Shown: piece after piece, positions 39,790 to 52,763 of the stretch | Numbering within the stretch: position 1 is the stretch's first letter | How the letters are laid out: each line of letters starts with the position of its first letter | NCBI RefSeq assembly: GCF_006345805.1 | Contig: NC_043013.1 | Span: forward strand, 39,246,001-39,310,000 | Direction of reading: 5' to 3' | Source: Octopus sinensis | Taxonomy: Eukaryota | DNA: 64,000 nucleotides | The notes under the pieces: generated by a model | What the model was told of the DNA's origin: nothing | The model's database searches: none | What the model saw: only the letters and a program-made list of their open reading frames with translations | Position numbers and translations under genes: made by a program

Positions 39790-41760
39790 TGTGTGCATAG
39801 ATGTATGTCCGTGTGTGTGTGTGTGTGTGTGTATGTGTGTGAGTGTGTATGTATGTACGTGTGGGTGTGGGGAAGTGTGTGTATGTGCATGTGTGTGCGC
39901 GTACATACAGGTGTGTGAGTGAGTGTGTGTGTGTGTATGTATGTGTGAGTGTGTATGTGTGTGTAGGATGCATGTATGTGTATGGGTGTATGTATGCGTG
40001 TGTGTATGTATGTATGTGTACGTGCGTGTGTGTGTGTGTATGCGTGTAGGTGTGCGCGTGTGCATGCATGCATGCATGCATGTGCGTATGTGTGTGTGTG
40101 TGCATGTGTGTGGGTATATATGTATGTGCGTATATGTGTGTGTGTGTGTGCGTACATGTGTGTGTGTGTGTATGCATGTGTGTGTATGTAGGTGTGTAGG
40201 CGTGTGTGTATAGGTGTATGTATGTAAGTATGTATGGGTGTGTCCGTGTATGTGTGTGTATGTATGTGTGTGTATGTAGGTGTGTGGGCGTGTGTATATG
40301 TGTGTGTATGTAGGTGTGTGGGCGTGTGTATATAGGTGTATGTGTAATGTCTGGGTGTGTCCGTGCATGTTTGTGTGTGTGTGTGTGTATGCATGTGTAT
40401 GTAGGTGTGTGTGTACGTGTGTAATGTATGTGTGTATGCGTGTGTATGCGTGCGTGTGTGTATGTAGGTGCGTGTGTATGTGTGTGGGAGTGTAGGTGTG
40501 TGTGTGCGTGTGCGTGTGCGTGTTTATGTTGGTGTGTGCGTATGTGAGTGTGAGTGTATGGGTGTTTGTCATGCATGTGTGTGCGCGTGCAGGTGAGTGT
40601 GTGCGCGTGCAGGTGAGTGTGTGTGTAAGTATGTGTGTGTGTATGTTTGTGTGAGTGTGTATGTGTGTATGTCTGTGTGTATGTATGTGCGTATAGGAGT
40701 ATGTGGGTATGTGTGTGTGTATGTATATGGGTGTATGTATGTATGTGTGTGTGTGTGCATGTGTATAAGTATATGTGTGTGTGCGTATGTGTGTATATGT
40801 GTATGTGTGTGTGTTTATGTATGTGTGTATGTATGTGTGTAGGCGTGTGTGTGTAGATGTATGTATGTATGGGTGTGTGTCCGTGTGTGTTTGTGTGTGT
40901 GTGTAGGTAGATGTGTGTGTCTGAGTGAGGGTATGGCTGTGTAGGTGTGTGTGTGTATGAATGTAAGTGTGTGTGTGTATACAAGTGTAATGTATGTATG
41001 TAGGTGTGTGTGTGTGTGTATGTGTACGTGTGCGTGTGTATGTGTGTGTGTGTATGCGTGTGAGTGTGAGTGTATGGGTGTATGTCTGTGTGTGTGTATG
41101 TCTGAAGTAGGTATGTATGTGTATGTATGTATGTGTGTGTGTGTGTGCAGGTATGTGTGTGTATGTGTGTGTGTGAGTAGGTGTGCGTGTATGTATGTGG
41201 GTAGGGATGCATGCGAGTGTGTGTGTATGTATGCATACATACGCACGCGCACATCCGAAGCAAGCCCACACACACGAAGCGCGCCCACGCACACAACGCA
41301 CAAGCAGTACAACGCAAGCCCAAGGGGCCCCCAAGCCCCCAGCGCGCGCCAAGGCGCGCGAGCGCAAAGGCCCTCGAACGCCCCGCTACGCGGGAACCGA
41401 GGATCCATCAGCCAAAACCGGAAAGCAGAAAAGAGGGGGGGCTGCCTGGATGCAAAAAGGTGTATGTGTGTGTGCATTCAGTGTAAGGGTGTGCATGTGT
41501 AGGTATGTATGTATGTATGTGCCTACATGTATGTTGCATGTGTGTGTGTGATGTACGTGCGGTGTGTGTGTGTGAGTGTGTGTGTTGTATGTATGTGTAT
41601 GTATGTGTGTGTGTATGTGTGTATGTATGTCTGTGTGTGTGTGTGTGTGTGTAAGTATGTATGTGTGTGCGTATGTATGTATGTGTGTGTGTATGTGCAT
41701 GTTGGTTTGTATGTTAGTGTGTGTTAGTATGTCTGTAAGTGTGTGTGATTAAATGTGTGA
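39790..41760. repeat. ~2-kb mosaic (TG)n/(TATG)n simple-repeat tract in the PLE 3' region
   Basis: Direct inspection. It accounts for the long H/T and C/V pseudo-ORFs. Confidence 0.95.
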
Positions 41761-44700
41761 ATGTATGTACGTAGATGGGTCTACGTATGTGTGTGTGTGA
41801 ACAGGCGTGTGGGAGGTAGGTGGGTGGGTGGGTGTGTGTGGGTGGTGTGTCCACAAAAAAAAAAAAAAAAAAAACCGGATCTCAAGAGGAGGGGGCTGTG
41901 TTAAGTCCGTGTGGGGTGGTAGTTTGTAGGGTGAAGATGTAGCGTTGCTCCAAGTGGAGCCTGGAAAGTGGGCGACCATGGTGGGGGGACGAGACCAAAC
42001 ACTGAGATGTCATCTAGGGAATGGCCGGCCGAGCGGAAGTGGGTGTGCGACGGAGAAAGAGAGTGTAGGCGAACGTCCCTCAAGTGTTCAGTGAAACGGT
42101 CGGACAACCGGCGTCCCGTCTGTCCTACATACAGCATCCCGCATAGGTTGCATTTAATGCAGTAAATAAGGCCAGACGAGGTGCACGTAAAAGAGTGCCT
42201 AATGCGTACAGTGTGCAGGTTGGAGCCGGTGACAGCGGTGGTGTTGGTGATGAAGGGGCAAGTGTTGCAACGGGATCTAGAGCAAGGGAATGATCCGTGT
42301 GGGGCTGAGGGGGAAGGAGAGAGGGTGCTGTGGACCAGGAGGTCACGCAGATTGCGGGCTCGTTTGAAAGAGGACAGGGGTGGTTAGGGAAAATGGGGCG
42401 GGTGGTGGGATCAAGCTGGAGGCGACGGAAGGCACGTAGTATCTTGCGACGAAGGGGTAGGGTAGAGGGGTGAAAAGGAGGGGGAAGGGGGTGCGGTTGG
42501 GGGTGGGCGGGGGGAAGGAGACAGGGCGGTAGTGCGGTCGATGCGACGGGCGCGGGTGAGGGCATCAGAGAGGAGTATGGGTGGGTAACCTCGGAGTCTG
42601 AACATGCGGGCCAGGTATTGAGATTGGGTCTCGAAATCCTGGTCGCGGCTGCACAAACGTCGGAGGCGGAGGAACTGGGAGTAGGGGATGGCTCGTTTGG
42701 TGTGGAAGGGGTGGGAGGAAGAGAAGTTGAGATAGAGGTGGGAATCCGTAGGTTTAAAAAAGGCGGTGGTGGTGAGAGAGCTGGAGGGGTGATCGATGCG
42801 GAGAGAGATGTCAAGGAAGTTGACAGAGGTGTTGGAGATGGTGGAGGTGAATTGAAGAGAGGGGTGAAAGTTGGAAAAAAGAGATGAATTGGCAGAGAAG
42901 TTCACGGGAAAGGGAGGTGGCACCTACGCAGTCGTCGATATAGCGACCGTATAGTTCGGGGGTCGGCCCAGAGAACTGGGAGAACACTTGGGCCTCAATG
43001 TAGCCAAGAAAGAGATTGGCGAAATTGGGGCCCATCCTAGTTCCCATCGCGACCCCGGACACCTGTTGGTACGTTCCCCGGCGAACGTGAAGCAATTGAG
43101 GGTGAGGACGAGCTCAGCCAACCGGAGAAGGGTGGGGGTGCTGGGGGTGGGGTCGGGACGACGGTCGAGGAAGTGTTGGAGGGCTAGGAGACCGTCATTG
43201 TGGGGAATCACTGTGTACAGGGATTTTACATCTAAAGTGAAGAGGAGGTGTGAGGGGCTGGAAGGGAAGGAAAAGGAATTGAAGAGACGGAGGGCGTGGT
43301 TGGTGTCGTGTATGTGGGATGGGAGGGCTGCGACTAAGGGGGACAGGATGCGGTCGAGGTATAGGGAGATGAGTTCAGTGGGGCAATTACAGGCAGAGAC
43401 TATGGGACGGCCAGGATTAGAGGGTTTATGGATCTTGGGAAGGAAGTAGATGGTGGAGGTGCGGGGTGTGCGGACGATGAGGTTGGTGGCGGTGAGGGGG
43501 AGAGCGGAGGAGGAGATGAGGTCGTGGATGGTGGAGGACACTCGCTGTTGGTAGGAGGAGGTGGGATCGGAGGGGAGGAGGCGATAGAAGAGTGGATTTT
43601 GAAGCTGGTTGAGCGCTTCCTCCCTGTATAGGTCCGCGCGCCACACTACCACTGCCCCGCCTTTGTCCGCCGGTTTGATGACAATGTCATCACGACGGCG
43701 GAGGTGGCGAAGGGCAATGGATTCGGCCCGAGTGAGGTTGGCTCGGCGGGGTCTTGGTTCAAAGTTGAAACGGTGGACCAAAGCGTTGCAGTCATGTACA
43801 AACGAATCTAGGCTACTGAAAAGGCCTGGGGGCGGCGTCCAGATGGATGGACGACGCCCCAGCTCCAAAAGGCAATCCTGATTGTTGTGACGCTGCGGGG
43901 ACGCGTGGTAGTATGCGCGAAGTTTGAGGCGGCGCAGGAACAGGTTGACGTCCGCCCGAGTCTCGAACTCATCACAGTGGCGCGTGAGTGGCGTGAAGCG
44001 GAGACCCTTACTGAGGAGGGAGCGCTCAGCGGCGGAGAGGGGGAGGTGGGGGGTATAGTGACAACAGCGCGAGAAGCGGGGTGGTGGGAGGAGACTAGGG
44101 GCAGGCGGAGGGGGTGCAGGGGTGTGAAGGGAGGGTAGGGGTGGTTGGGTGAAGATGGGTTAGGCGCAGGAAGGTCACGGTGGGGGTGTGTGTGGGTCCG
44201 TGGAAGGGTGGGTAGGTGCGAAGGAGGGGGGGACAGTGGGGGAGGATGGGAAGGGGGTGAGGGGTTGAGGAGGAGGTGGAGTTTTTTTGTTTTTTGTGTG
44301 TGTGAGGTGGTTGTAGAGTTGGTGGTTGAGATTAAGAATGAAGCGGAGGATAGGTTGGGTGAAGAGTGGAGGGCAGAGGGCGGAGAGAAGGAGGTAGGCC
44401 TGGGGAAGTTGATGGTCGAGGGAGTCAAGGAGGGGGCGGGTGGAGCGGATGGTGGCGCGCGCGGAGGAGGGAGCGGGAGTACGAGCGAGGGTGGGTTCGA
44501 TGAAGGGGGAGGAATAGGGGGTAGCGTGGAACTTCAAGAGGAACCCGCGGGGTGTGACATGATGGCGGAGGCACCGGCTAAGAAAGGAAGAGATGACTCG
44601 AGTGGCGGGTTTTCTTAAAAAGCAAGCGGGAAAGTTTTTAGCAGGTGCGGAACATTGTGGGGGGAAGAACAACGCGAGTAGCGGCTGAGGAGGGATTGAA

Positions 44701-46019
44701 GGTGTTGGACGAACGAGTGCAAGTCAGGCATGATGAGAAGTGGTGGCAAACAGGTAAAGGTGGGTGGTGGCGAAAAGGTAAAAGGAGAGACAACAGGAAA
44801 ACAACGAAAGAAGAAAACGGTGTGAAGACGGTTTGAAAACAATAAAAAAAGTTGAAAAAAGTTGAAAAAAGTCAGGAAAGAGATTTGAGAGTCAACGGAC
44901 AGATTAGGTAATGATTTTCAATCACGGTAATGGTGGTACTCCGGAAGAAGGTTGCGGGTGATCCGTAGGTCAGGAAGAATGGTAACAATAATCCGTAGGT
45001 GCAAAAAATCCGGGAGTTGGTATCCAAGGTACAAGGGGTCCGTGTAGGCGCGCAGTGGTATAATTTTAATCCAAACGGGAACACAAAAAAACAACAACAA
45101 TGGAACAATTACAGTATTATTATTAATAGGCGCTCAGGAAAAGGAAGCAGGGAGGTATGACGTTTCGAGCGGAGCTCTTCGTCGGAAACATAAAGAAGGA
45201 AGAGAGAGGAAAGAAAGATCCCAGAGCGGGCAACAGGGAAAGAGAAAAAAGACGACTGGTGTTTACGAGTTGCACATGGTGAAAGGCGGATGTTTACGAA
45301 AACAGAGCAAAGTGGGTTTTTAAAGGCAAAAGAGTGGAGACAAGGTTGGTAACGCAACAGATGTGTGTGTATGTGTGAGTGTGTGCGTGTGCGTGTGTGT
45401 ATGTGTGTGTGTGAGGCGAGATGAAAAAACAAAAAAATATATATGTGTGTGTTAGTGTGTGCGTCTGTGTGTAGGCGTGTGAGGTAGGGCGAGACAGTGG
45501 TCAGCTTAGCAGACAAAGGTCAGTAGTAAGAAAAAGAAGGAAGGAGGAAGGGAGGGAGGGGAAGGGGTGGGGGCGTATGTAGCGTGCCAGCGTGTGTTGA
45601 GTAGTAGTGTGTGTGTGTCCAGTGTCGTGGTGGTATAAATGGCGAGTAGATTGAATGTGTGTAAGAGTAATGTATATATTTAAGCAATGTGTGTATATGT
45701 GTGCGCGTGTGTGTAACGAAAAAGGGGGGGGGGTTAAGGAAAAAGGACTCCAGCTGAGGGGAAGATGGAAGAGTGGTCCCGCGGAGGCGGGCGTGGGAAA
45801 ACCCAACGACACGCGACGGTCCAGGAACGGGCGAGAGGTCCTGTCGGTTCCAAGAGCGAGGTGCCTGCGGAGCGTATGCGTACGCGAACCGGCGCAAGCG
45901 CGTGCGCGAGCCTGCGAGTATGTGCGTAAGTATGTATGTGTGTGGATGTGTGAGTGTGTCTGTGTGTATGTCCGGGTGGCAGTGTGTCCGATGAATGTAT
46001 GTGAGTATGTGTGTATGTA

Positions 46020-46053
<34 letters not shown>

Positions 46054-46068
46054 CATACAGACAGACAG

Positions 46069-46134
<66 letters not shown>

Positions 46135-46519
46135 TTGTATTGATCTTGATATACAATAGGTACCAGGTTTACAAGGAATAAGTGCATGGGTCGTTTTCTT
46201 CGCCTAAAAAGCGGTGCTCCAGCAGAGCCACAGTCAAAGACTGAAATAAGTAAAAGAATAAGAGTAAAAGAATAAAAGAATACATACATATCTACATATA
46301 CACGAAAGTATTCTGTACGAAGGGTTTTCTAGATTACAGTTTCACTCACAACCCATTGGAAGACCGAAGTCTATAATTGAACCCACTTGTCAGAGGTGTT
46401 TCTCAGTTACTGTGAAGTGAAACCCCAACCAAACACAGCTATACATATAATGTCGAATTTTGCTATATAGTGTATTCAACATATATCACAGAAGATGAGT
46501 TAAACAAATACCAACTCAC

Positions 46520-46747
46520 ATTTTATGAATTCAATGTGTTGCCAATCATTTTCGGTCATGATAACTGTGGCATTCTGAGATGTATAATTACTCAGATAGT
46601 ATAAGTTTGATTTGGGGTTGTAGCTGAAAGCCTTACACCAATTCGATTCATAGCACCACTTTAGATTGTCAAATAATGATCTACCGTGTTCAGGTGGATA
46701 TGCATGTACCTTGAACTTGGCTCCATAAATAACGCTGACTGGACACT
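46520..46747 (-). CDS. Gene Y exon B'': PAN-like module lacking two Cys (CPVSVIYGAKF…DNLKWCYESNWCKAFSYNPKSNLYYL…WQHIEFIK)
   Basis: cacag acceptor and GTGAGT donor, 228 nt, open, colinear with exon B. Confidence 0.8.
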
Positions 46748-47149
46748 CTGTGAATGTTATAAAAAATATAACTGTTAGTTAAATGAGAACAATAAGTTAC
46801 TGTAAAGTATTGTAACAAAGATGGTATGTTGCTAAACCTTATCACAAACACAACCATATCTCCAGATGTTTCAAGATGTCTGACTCACCTCACCGTCCCA
46901 AAATATTATGTAATTCTTATCTTCAAGATAACAATATATGAAACAATTGGTATCGCTTAGATTCGGTTCTCTTATATGTCATTTGGCTGACGATCAGGAG
47001 TCATCAATTCAGCCGGATAGGCAGAAAGCAGAACAAGATAGCATATCCTGTTCGGAAAATCATACAAATCATTAAAACAACGCAAAACACATACACACAC
47101 TTGAAAACCCAATCTCCACAGGAAATCGGAGATTTTCGAGGGAATCTCA

Positions 47150-48690
47150 ACAGAAGAATTCTTGGCGATTTACTGTTGGAAACACCCCCAAGCCAACAGG
47201 AAGGACGGGAAATGCACCCCTCCAGACAAAGCTAAGTTTTCCTTTTCTTTTCTCTTCTTTGTTCGACAACATGATCGAGTACAGGATAGGCGAGGCGAAT
47301 ATGCGTGGCCTGGGGGTCATCACGAAAGTGGGGTCACCTGCTCAACTACCTCATGGAACTGAATGTGGACGTGGTAGCCATCAGTGAAACCAGAATTTCA
47401 TACTCACGGGATTTCCGACCTATATTCGGTGACTATTAGGTGTAAGCTTCTCCAAGTCGTCCAGGAAACTCTGGATCTTACAATATGGACTATCATCCTG
47501 GATCCGGAAGGTAAATCGGTGGTACTCGACGTGACAGACAGCGAAAGACATACTTTCAGGATAGCTACCGTATATGCCCCGACAGAGACAGGACGACCAG
47601 ATTTCTTCAGACGTCAGGAAACGTTCCACTCTTCAGTGTTAGAGGGGGAGTGGGGGGGAATGGAATATTAGATGTAAGGTGGGACTGGTGTAGGTTTAGC
47701 AGATAGGAGAGGAGGGTGCTAAAGCCTCGCAAACCTGCTCAGATGATTCTAACTGTCTGACAGGTATCAATTGGATTTCCCGGATGTGCCAGTTTCGCGC
47801 CGGTAAAACCGTATCGGGTCATCCAGATCGTATCTAGACAGGTTATTCTGTAGAGTGGCAGATAAGGATAGCATAGGTTATTCACAGTTTAAAGTAATCG
47901 ACTACAGTTTAAAGTAGTCGTGATCTGTACATTCTACTTATATAGGTTTCATAAATACGGACTCGGTTACTGGAAGCTGAACACGTCGTTACCGGCGCGT
48001 AAAGATTTCAGTGTTCGGATTAGTGAACTAGTTTAGACGGCGTTGACGCGGGAAATAATCAACAATAAATGATGGTTCGCTTAGAAAAGGCCGATTAGAA
48101 TAGAATCGATAAGTTTTAGCCAAGGACCTTGGGCGTCGAAGAAGATCAGCCAGTCACTCTTTTCCGGAGAACTTTCGGGCGAGGACCAATGGATAATTTC
48201 CAGAAAATCTCTAGCCTGGCAGTACTACCGGGTAGCCTTGCCTGTTCGAGATTAATTTTACAGGCACGGAAATACCATCAGCCAGCTATGTCCGAGATGC
48301 GCGCAGGACGACGAGATGGCCCTGCATATACTCGTCCAGTACTGGAGTATTGCTGACCTCTGGGTATATGTCCCAGACCTGCGGTCGCGTGTGGAACGGA
48401 TCCGGCTATCAACTGAATTCACTATGAAGGTCGCACCGCCGCCTTCCTTTAACCAGGAATGTAAAGCTGTTTTTATATACCTGGTGGCCACGGCGAAGGA
48501 AATTGTGTGATGGGCGGTATTGAAGTGGCTGAAGACAAACGCTTTTCTCTTTGGCCAATCCCCGACGAACTTCTTCAAGTTTCGTTTAAAATCGAAACTA
48601 AGGGTAGAGAGGGAAGTGTTATTTTCTAGTCAATTTGCTAACAGGTGGATAAAAGTGGCGAAAATGCCCCAAAATTCGTGGTACCCATAG
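47150..48690 (+). mobile_element. Decayed L1/Tx1-like LINE (APE and C-terminus, RT deleted)
   Basis: NMRGL, DVVAISET, GKSVVL, TVYAP, YLDR and GYWKLNTS motifs. Confidence 0.75.
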
Positions 48691-48916
48691 TCTTTATTGG
48701 GTTTTTCCATGAGCAGCCCTCGAGCCTTCCCTTCCTATTGAGGATTACACATTGTTGGTCTCCTTTTTAAAAAAAATTTACAGTTTTATTAGTCTTGTTT
48801 ACACGCAAAACCCTCACAACTATACATACTCATGCATACACACACACACATTCTTTTTGTTTTGTCCTGTACTGTCCATAATGTTTTTCATTTAAACCCT
48901 TGTGGTTAATATAGAA

Positions 48917-49008
<92 letters not shown>

Positions 49009-49023
49009 CAGTAGTATACTTAC

Positions 49024-49281
49024 CGTTTTTACTTGTATCTCTGAATTCATAGTAGTCAGCAGTTGAGTTTATCAGTAATCTATATAACTTTGTCGTTTCG
49101 CGATGAAGTTCACACATATCTTCGTAGTGGTTAAATACGAATGAATTACATTTAACTTCATTGTAACACATATTTGCACACTTTACGCTATCGTACGCCT
49201 CTGAAATCTGGAAGTAATCTCCATCAATTGTGGCATTGGTAACTTTAAAAAATTCACTTCGATAATCAGGTGACTCCCCTT
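49024..49281 (-). CDS. Gene Y exon C'': PAN/apple-like module (…CANMCYNEVKCNSFVFNHYEDMCELH…)
   Basis: 258 nt, phase 1-1, GTAAGT donor. Lies within ORF 48830-49315. Confidence 0.85.
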
Positions 49282-49399
49282 CTTTATAAGAAATATAATT
49301 GAATGAAAAATACAATACATGAAGGTGAAAAAATACTGCTAAGATAGAAATTCAATAATCAAACTTGAAAGAATAAGTTATCTTTTTCACAAACAGTGA

Positions 49400-51660
49400 C
49401 AAATTGTACAATCGGTTAGAATCAAGGTGGGTGGAAAGAGCCAGAGAGGCCCAAATACAAAAAAGCTTTAGGTTCTGTCTAATCTAAAGGAATAAATACA
49501 AAGAAGCAGGGCCAATGGAATGGTGGACGTTCGATTCCACATCGAAGAAGAAGCCTAGCAGTAGAAAGAAATAGAGTAGAGTCGGATAGTCAAGCGGTTA
49601 GACGAGAATTTTAAAAAGGTATCTCCACCGACGTGCTCACAGCGAGATACAGACGACTTATATAGATAGGTTTCATTGACAGGGACCTGGTTACTGGACG
49701 CTGAACACGTCGTTGCTGGTGCGTAAGGATTCCAGTGATCGAATTAGTGAACTTGTTTAGAGAGCGTTGATGCGGGAAATAATTAACAATAAATGGTGGT
49801 TCGCCTAGAAAAGGCCGATTAGAATAGAATCGATAAGGTTTAGCAAAGGACTACCAATAGTATGAAACACAGTAGAGACAGATAGTCAAGAAGTTAGACG
49901 AGACTTTTAGAAAAGGCATCCCGATAGACGTGCATTCAGCGAGGTTTGCACTCGGCCAATTCTTCAACGTGAAAGACGAAGGTTGCATTGCCAGAGCTGG
50001 AGCACGAACACTTAGACAAGAAGGGATAAACGCCGTGCAATAGGCCCAAGTGGCAGAGGCATGACGTGGAATTAAATCCACGATCCCATCGTTGTCGCAT
50101 CACAAAGGGCAAATGATATAGCTGATCCAAGACAGATGAGTGCGTCTTTTCAGTGGCTCTACGCTCAAATGTTCGGGAGCAGAGATCAGCCACGTTTTTT
50201 ACATTGACGGGCTACCATGGGTCTCGGTGACGAAAGCGGGGTGCTGCAAAAGGCCGATAACAGCCTTTTAAAGACGAGAAGCAATGGCTAGCTGCACGAG
50301 GGGTAAGTCTCGTGGTTTGGATGGTCTGCCCTACGAGCTTTACTCTTACATGCCAGACTTGTAGGGTGACCACCTAGCAAACGTTTACTACAATTGGCAA
50401 CAAAATTGGAGAATTCCCAGTTTTGTAAGTCGAGGAACCGTGGCGTTGGTGAGAAATGACCCGAATAAGGGCGATTGTATCAACAACTTTAGGCCCATAA
50501 ATCTGCTGAATGCAGAATTCAAAGTTATGGTCAAGGTATTAGCTAGGTTTTTGCTTGTCATCAGGGATCTGGTAGTGGAAGCACATAGATGTGCCATCTC
50601 GAGAAGATCCATCTATGACAACTTGCACCTCATTCAATACATAATTGAAAAACTGGCTGAAGAACTTATCACGGGTGGGGCCCTGATCAATTTAGATGAA
50701 TCTAAAGCTTTCGATAGTGTTGGCCATCTATACTTGGCGGCTGCTTTCGGGCCTGTATTCAGGGGCTGGATCACTGCAATGCAGAGCGACATCTGCTCCG
50801 TGGTCAGAGTGAAAGGTCACCTCTCAGAGCCGTTTAGCATCATGTGCTTGGTCCGGTAAGGTTGCCCGATCTCGTCTATCTTGTACGTACTGACACCCGA
50901 GCCACTACTATAGGTGTTGAGAGGCATCCCACATGACCTAGGATGTGGCTGATGCGTGTCGGTATATGCTGACGACGTCACCGTAGTGGTGTCGGAACAT
51001 AAACACAGAAATGATCAGCACCGACCTCATGGACTACGAGGCAGTTTCAGGAGCGGCAATTAACCAGGAAAAATTAGTAGGCTTGCGGATCGGAACCTGG
51101 AGAAGCACGTTCATGTCATCCATCTGAGCGATGGATGGACAGGTCGGTCAAATTGATCGGGGTCTGGGAGGAGGTAACGAGCAAGGTGACTACTCTCAGT
51201 CAGAAACGTGCCAAGAGAAAGCTATCCCTTAAAGGTCGACCAGAGGTGGCTAAGTCGTATATTGCATCCGTATATATTGTCCTGGCCACCGTCTGATTAA
51301 GTTGGAGCATATACTCTTCTGCTTCTTGTGCAAGGAACGCGTTCCGATGGTCAGGCGGTCTATCTGCTGTCAGCACCCGCTGCGTGGTGGATTGAGCATG
51401 CCGTGGGTCATGATGTGCAGACATGCACTGACGCTACGATATTTCCAATGCTTCCTTGACGGTGAACGGGTATGGTCGCCGTTCGACAGACACGTATATC
51501 TGCAGCTAGTTTCGTTAACGGAGATGCAGTCCTGGGTAAAACAGAGTCCGAGGAGGAGCTTTTCGAAAGTGGAATGTCTTCAAGCGCTCTCAGCCTCAGC
51601 CAATCGGACAGTGCGATAGGTGGAACGACCACTTTAGATTTTTATAAAGGACTAGCTTAA
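49400..51660 (+). mobile_element. Decayed L1/Tx1-like LINE RT
   Basis: G.DGLPYE.Y, NFRPINLLNAEFK, LD.SKAFD.V.H, GCP.S..LYVL and YADDVT motifs. Confidence 0.85.
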
Positions 51661-52671
51661 GGTGACACGCTCTACTTTCTGTTGCTTCCTTTCTGTTTCT
51701 TATTGCCACATTCTCCTTCTCTGTTTCTCTCTTCTTTTTCTCTCACTTTTGCACTCTCTTACTCTTCCTTTCTCTCGGACTCTCCCTCGATTTCTCTTAC
51801 TCTCTATCTTTCTCCATCTATCTCTCTCCCATTTATAAAAAACAAAAGATCTTGAGTAAGTTGAGAAAGAAAATATTTTGAAAGATCAATCATAAATATC
51901 AGGCAGTGACAACGGAAAGCACACTTGCCTTTTGTACGTGCCACTATTTGAGCAATTAAAAATTAGGAAAAAAAAGAAGAATTTTTATGTTAAATTTAGT
52001 ACTTATATTGGGAATTTTTCGACGATTGACCATGCAAATGAAAGCTCTAAACACGGGCTACATGCAGCTGTAAATTTCTTTCAGAAAAAAATGAAAACTG
52101 TAAACAATAAAAAATAAAAGGCAAGAATACGTAAAAATGAGAAATTATTTTCAACTTCAAAAATCTTGCCTTAATTTTGAAAATTTCGAACCCATTTTCC
52201 GCGCTTAAATTACAAATCTGCTTCCACTTTACCATGTTGAAAATTTGATTGAAATCGGGCAAAAGGTGTCCAATCTAGACCCACCAGTGTCCCCCCAAAT
52301 CAATAAAATCCCAGTTTTTACAGCAAAGCAACCACTGTAGCGCCCCAAAACGTCTCCCAATCAATTTCTCACTTCAAGTTACCCCCTACTGTAAATTCTA
52401 ATCCCCTTCCAGCCCCATTTAAACCCCTTTTTACATAAAAATCCAGTTTGTATCAACGTTCGCCTTTTTCATTTTTTACATTAGATTAGATGCCAATCGC
52501 GCCAATCTGGAGGGGCTTAGAGCCCCCTCGAATCGATACAAAATCACACTTCTCACCATAGCAACTGCATCTTTCCCGATGGCGAATTTTAACCTACTCA
52601 ACTCTCTGCCTCATCATGCCTTCTATGCCTGTGCCAATTTTCAGCTCGATCCGACCCCTGATCTGGCCGCC

Positions 52672-52763
<92 letters not shown>

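Larger units (their letters stand above)
38828..46020 (-). mobile_element. Penelope-like retroelement (Neptune-like): RT and GIY-YIG, pseudo-LTR direct repeats at 38828-39788 and 45064-46020
   Basis: Frameshifted ORF ~44672-41900 with FLSRCL…PRGF, SIWTPP, IKPADKGGAVVVW, LPKIHKP..PGRPIVS, DVKSLYT, GVAMGT, RYIDD, FLD, YSQFLRLRRLC, CNTCP and LYVGQT…RF.EH. The two ~960-bp repeats are near identical. Confidence 0.95.

Noticed and set aside
39269-41477. 680-700-aa His/Thr-rich ORFs and many C/V, I/Y and L/S ORFs across the window
   Set aside because: They are translations of dinucleotide and tetranucleotide microsatellites that lack stop codons in some frames.
46888-47060. Three in-frame TGA codons aligned to Trp/Cys of the paralog, suggesting selenocysteine or readthrough
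   Set aside because: The frame is not established, no SECIS was identified, and simple decay or non-coding status explains it.
52260-52670. C-rich, compositionally distinct stretch
   Set aside because: No motif, ORF or second copy could be recognised, so no call is supportable.
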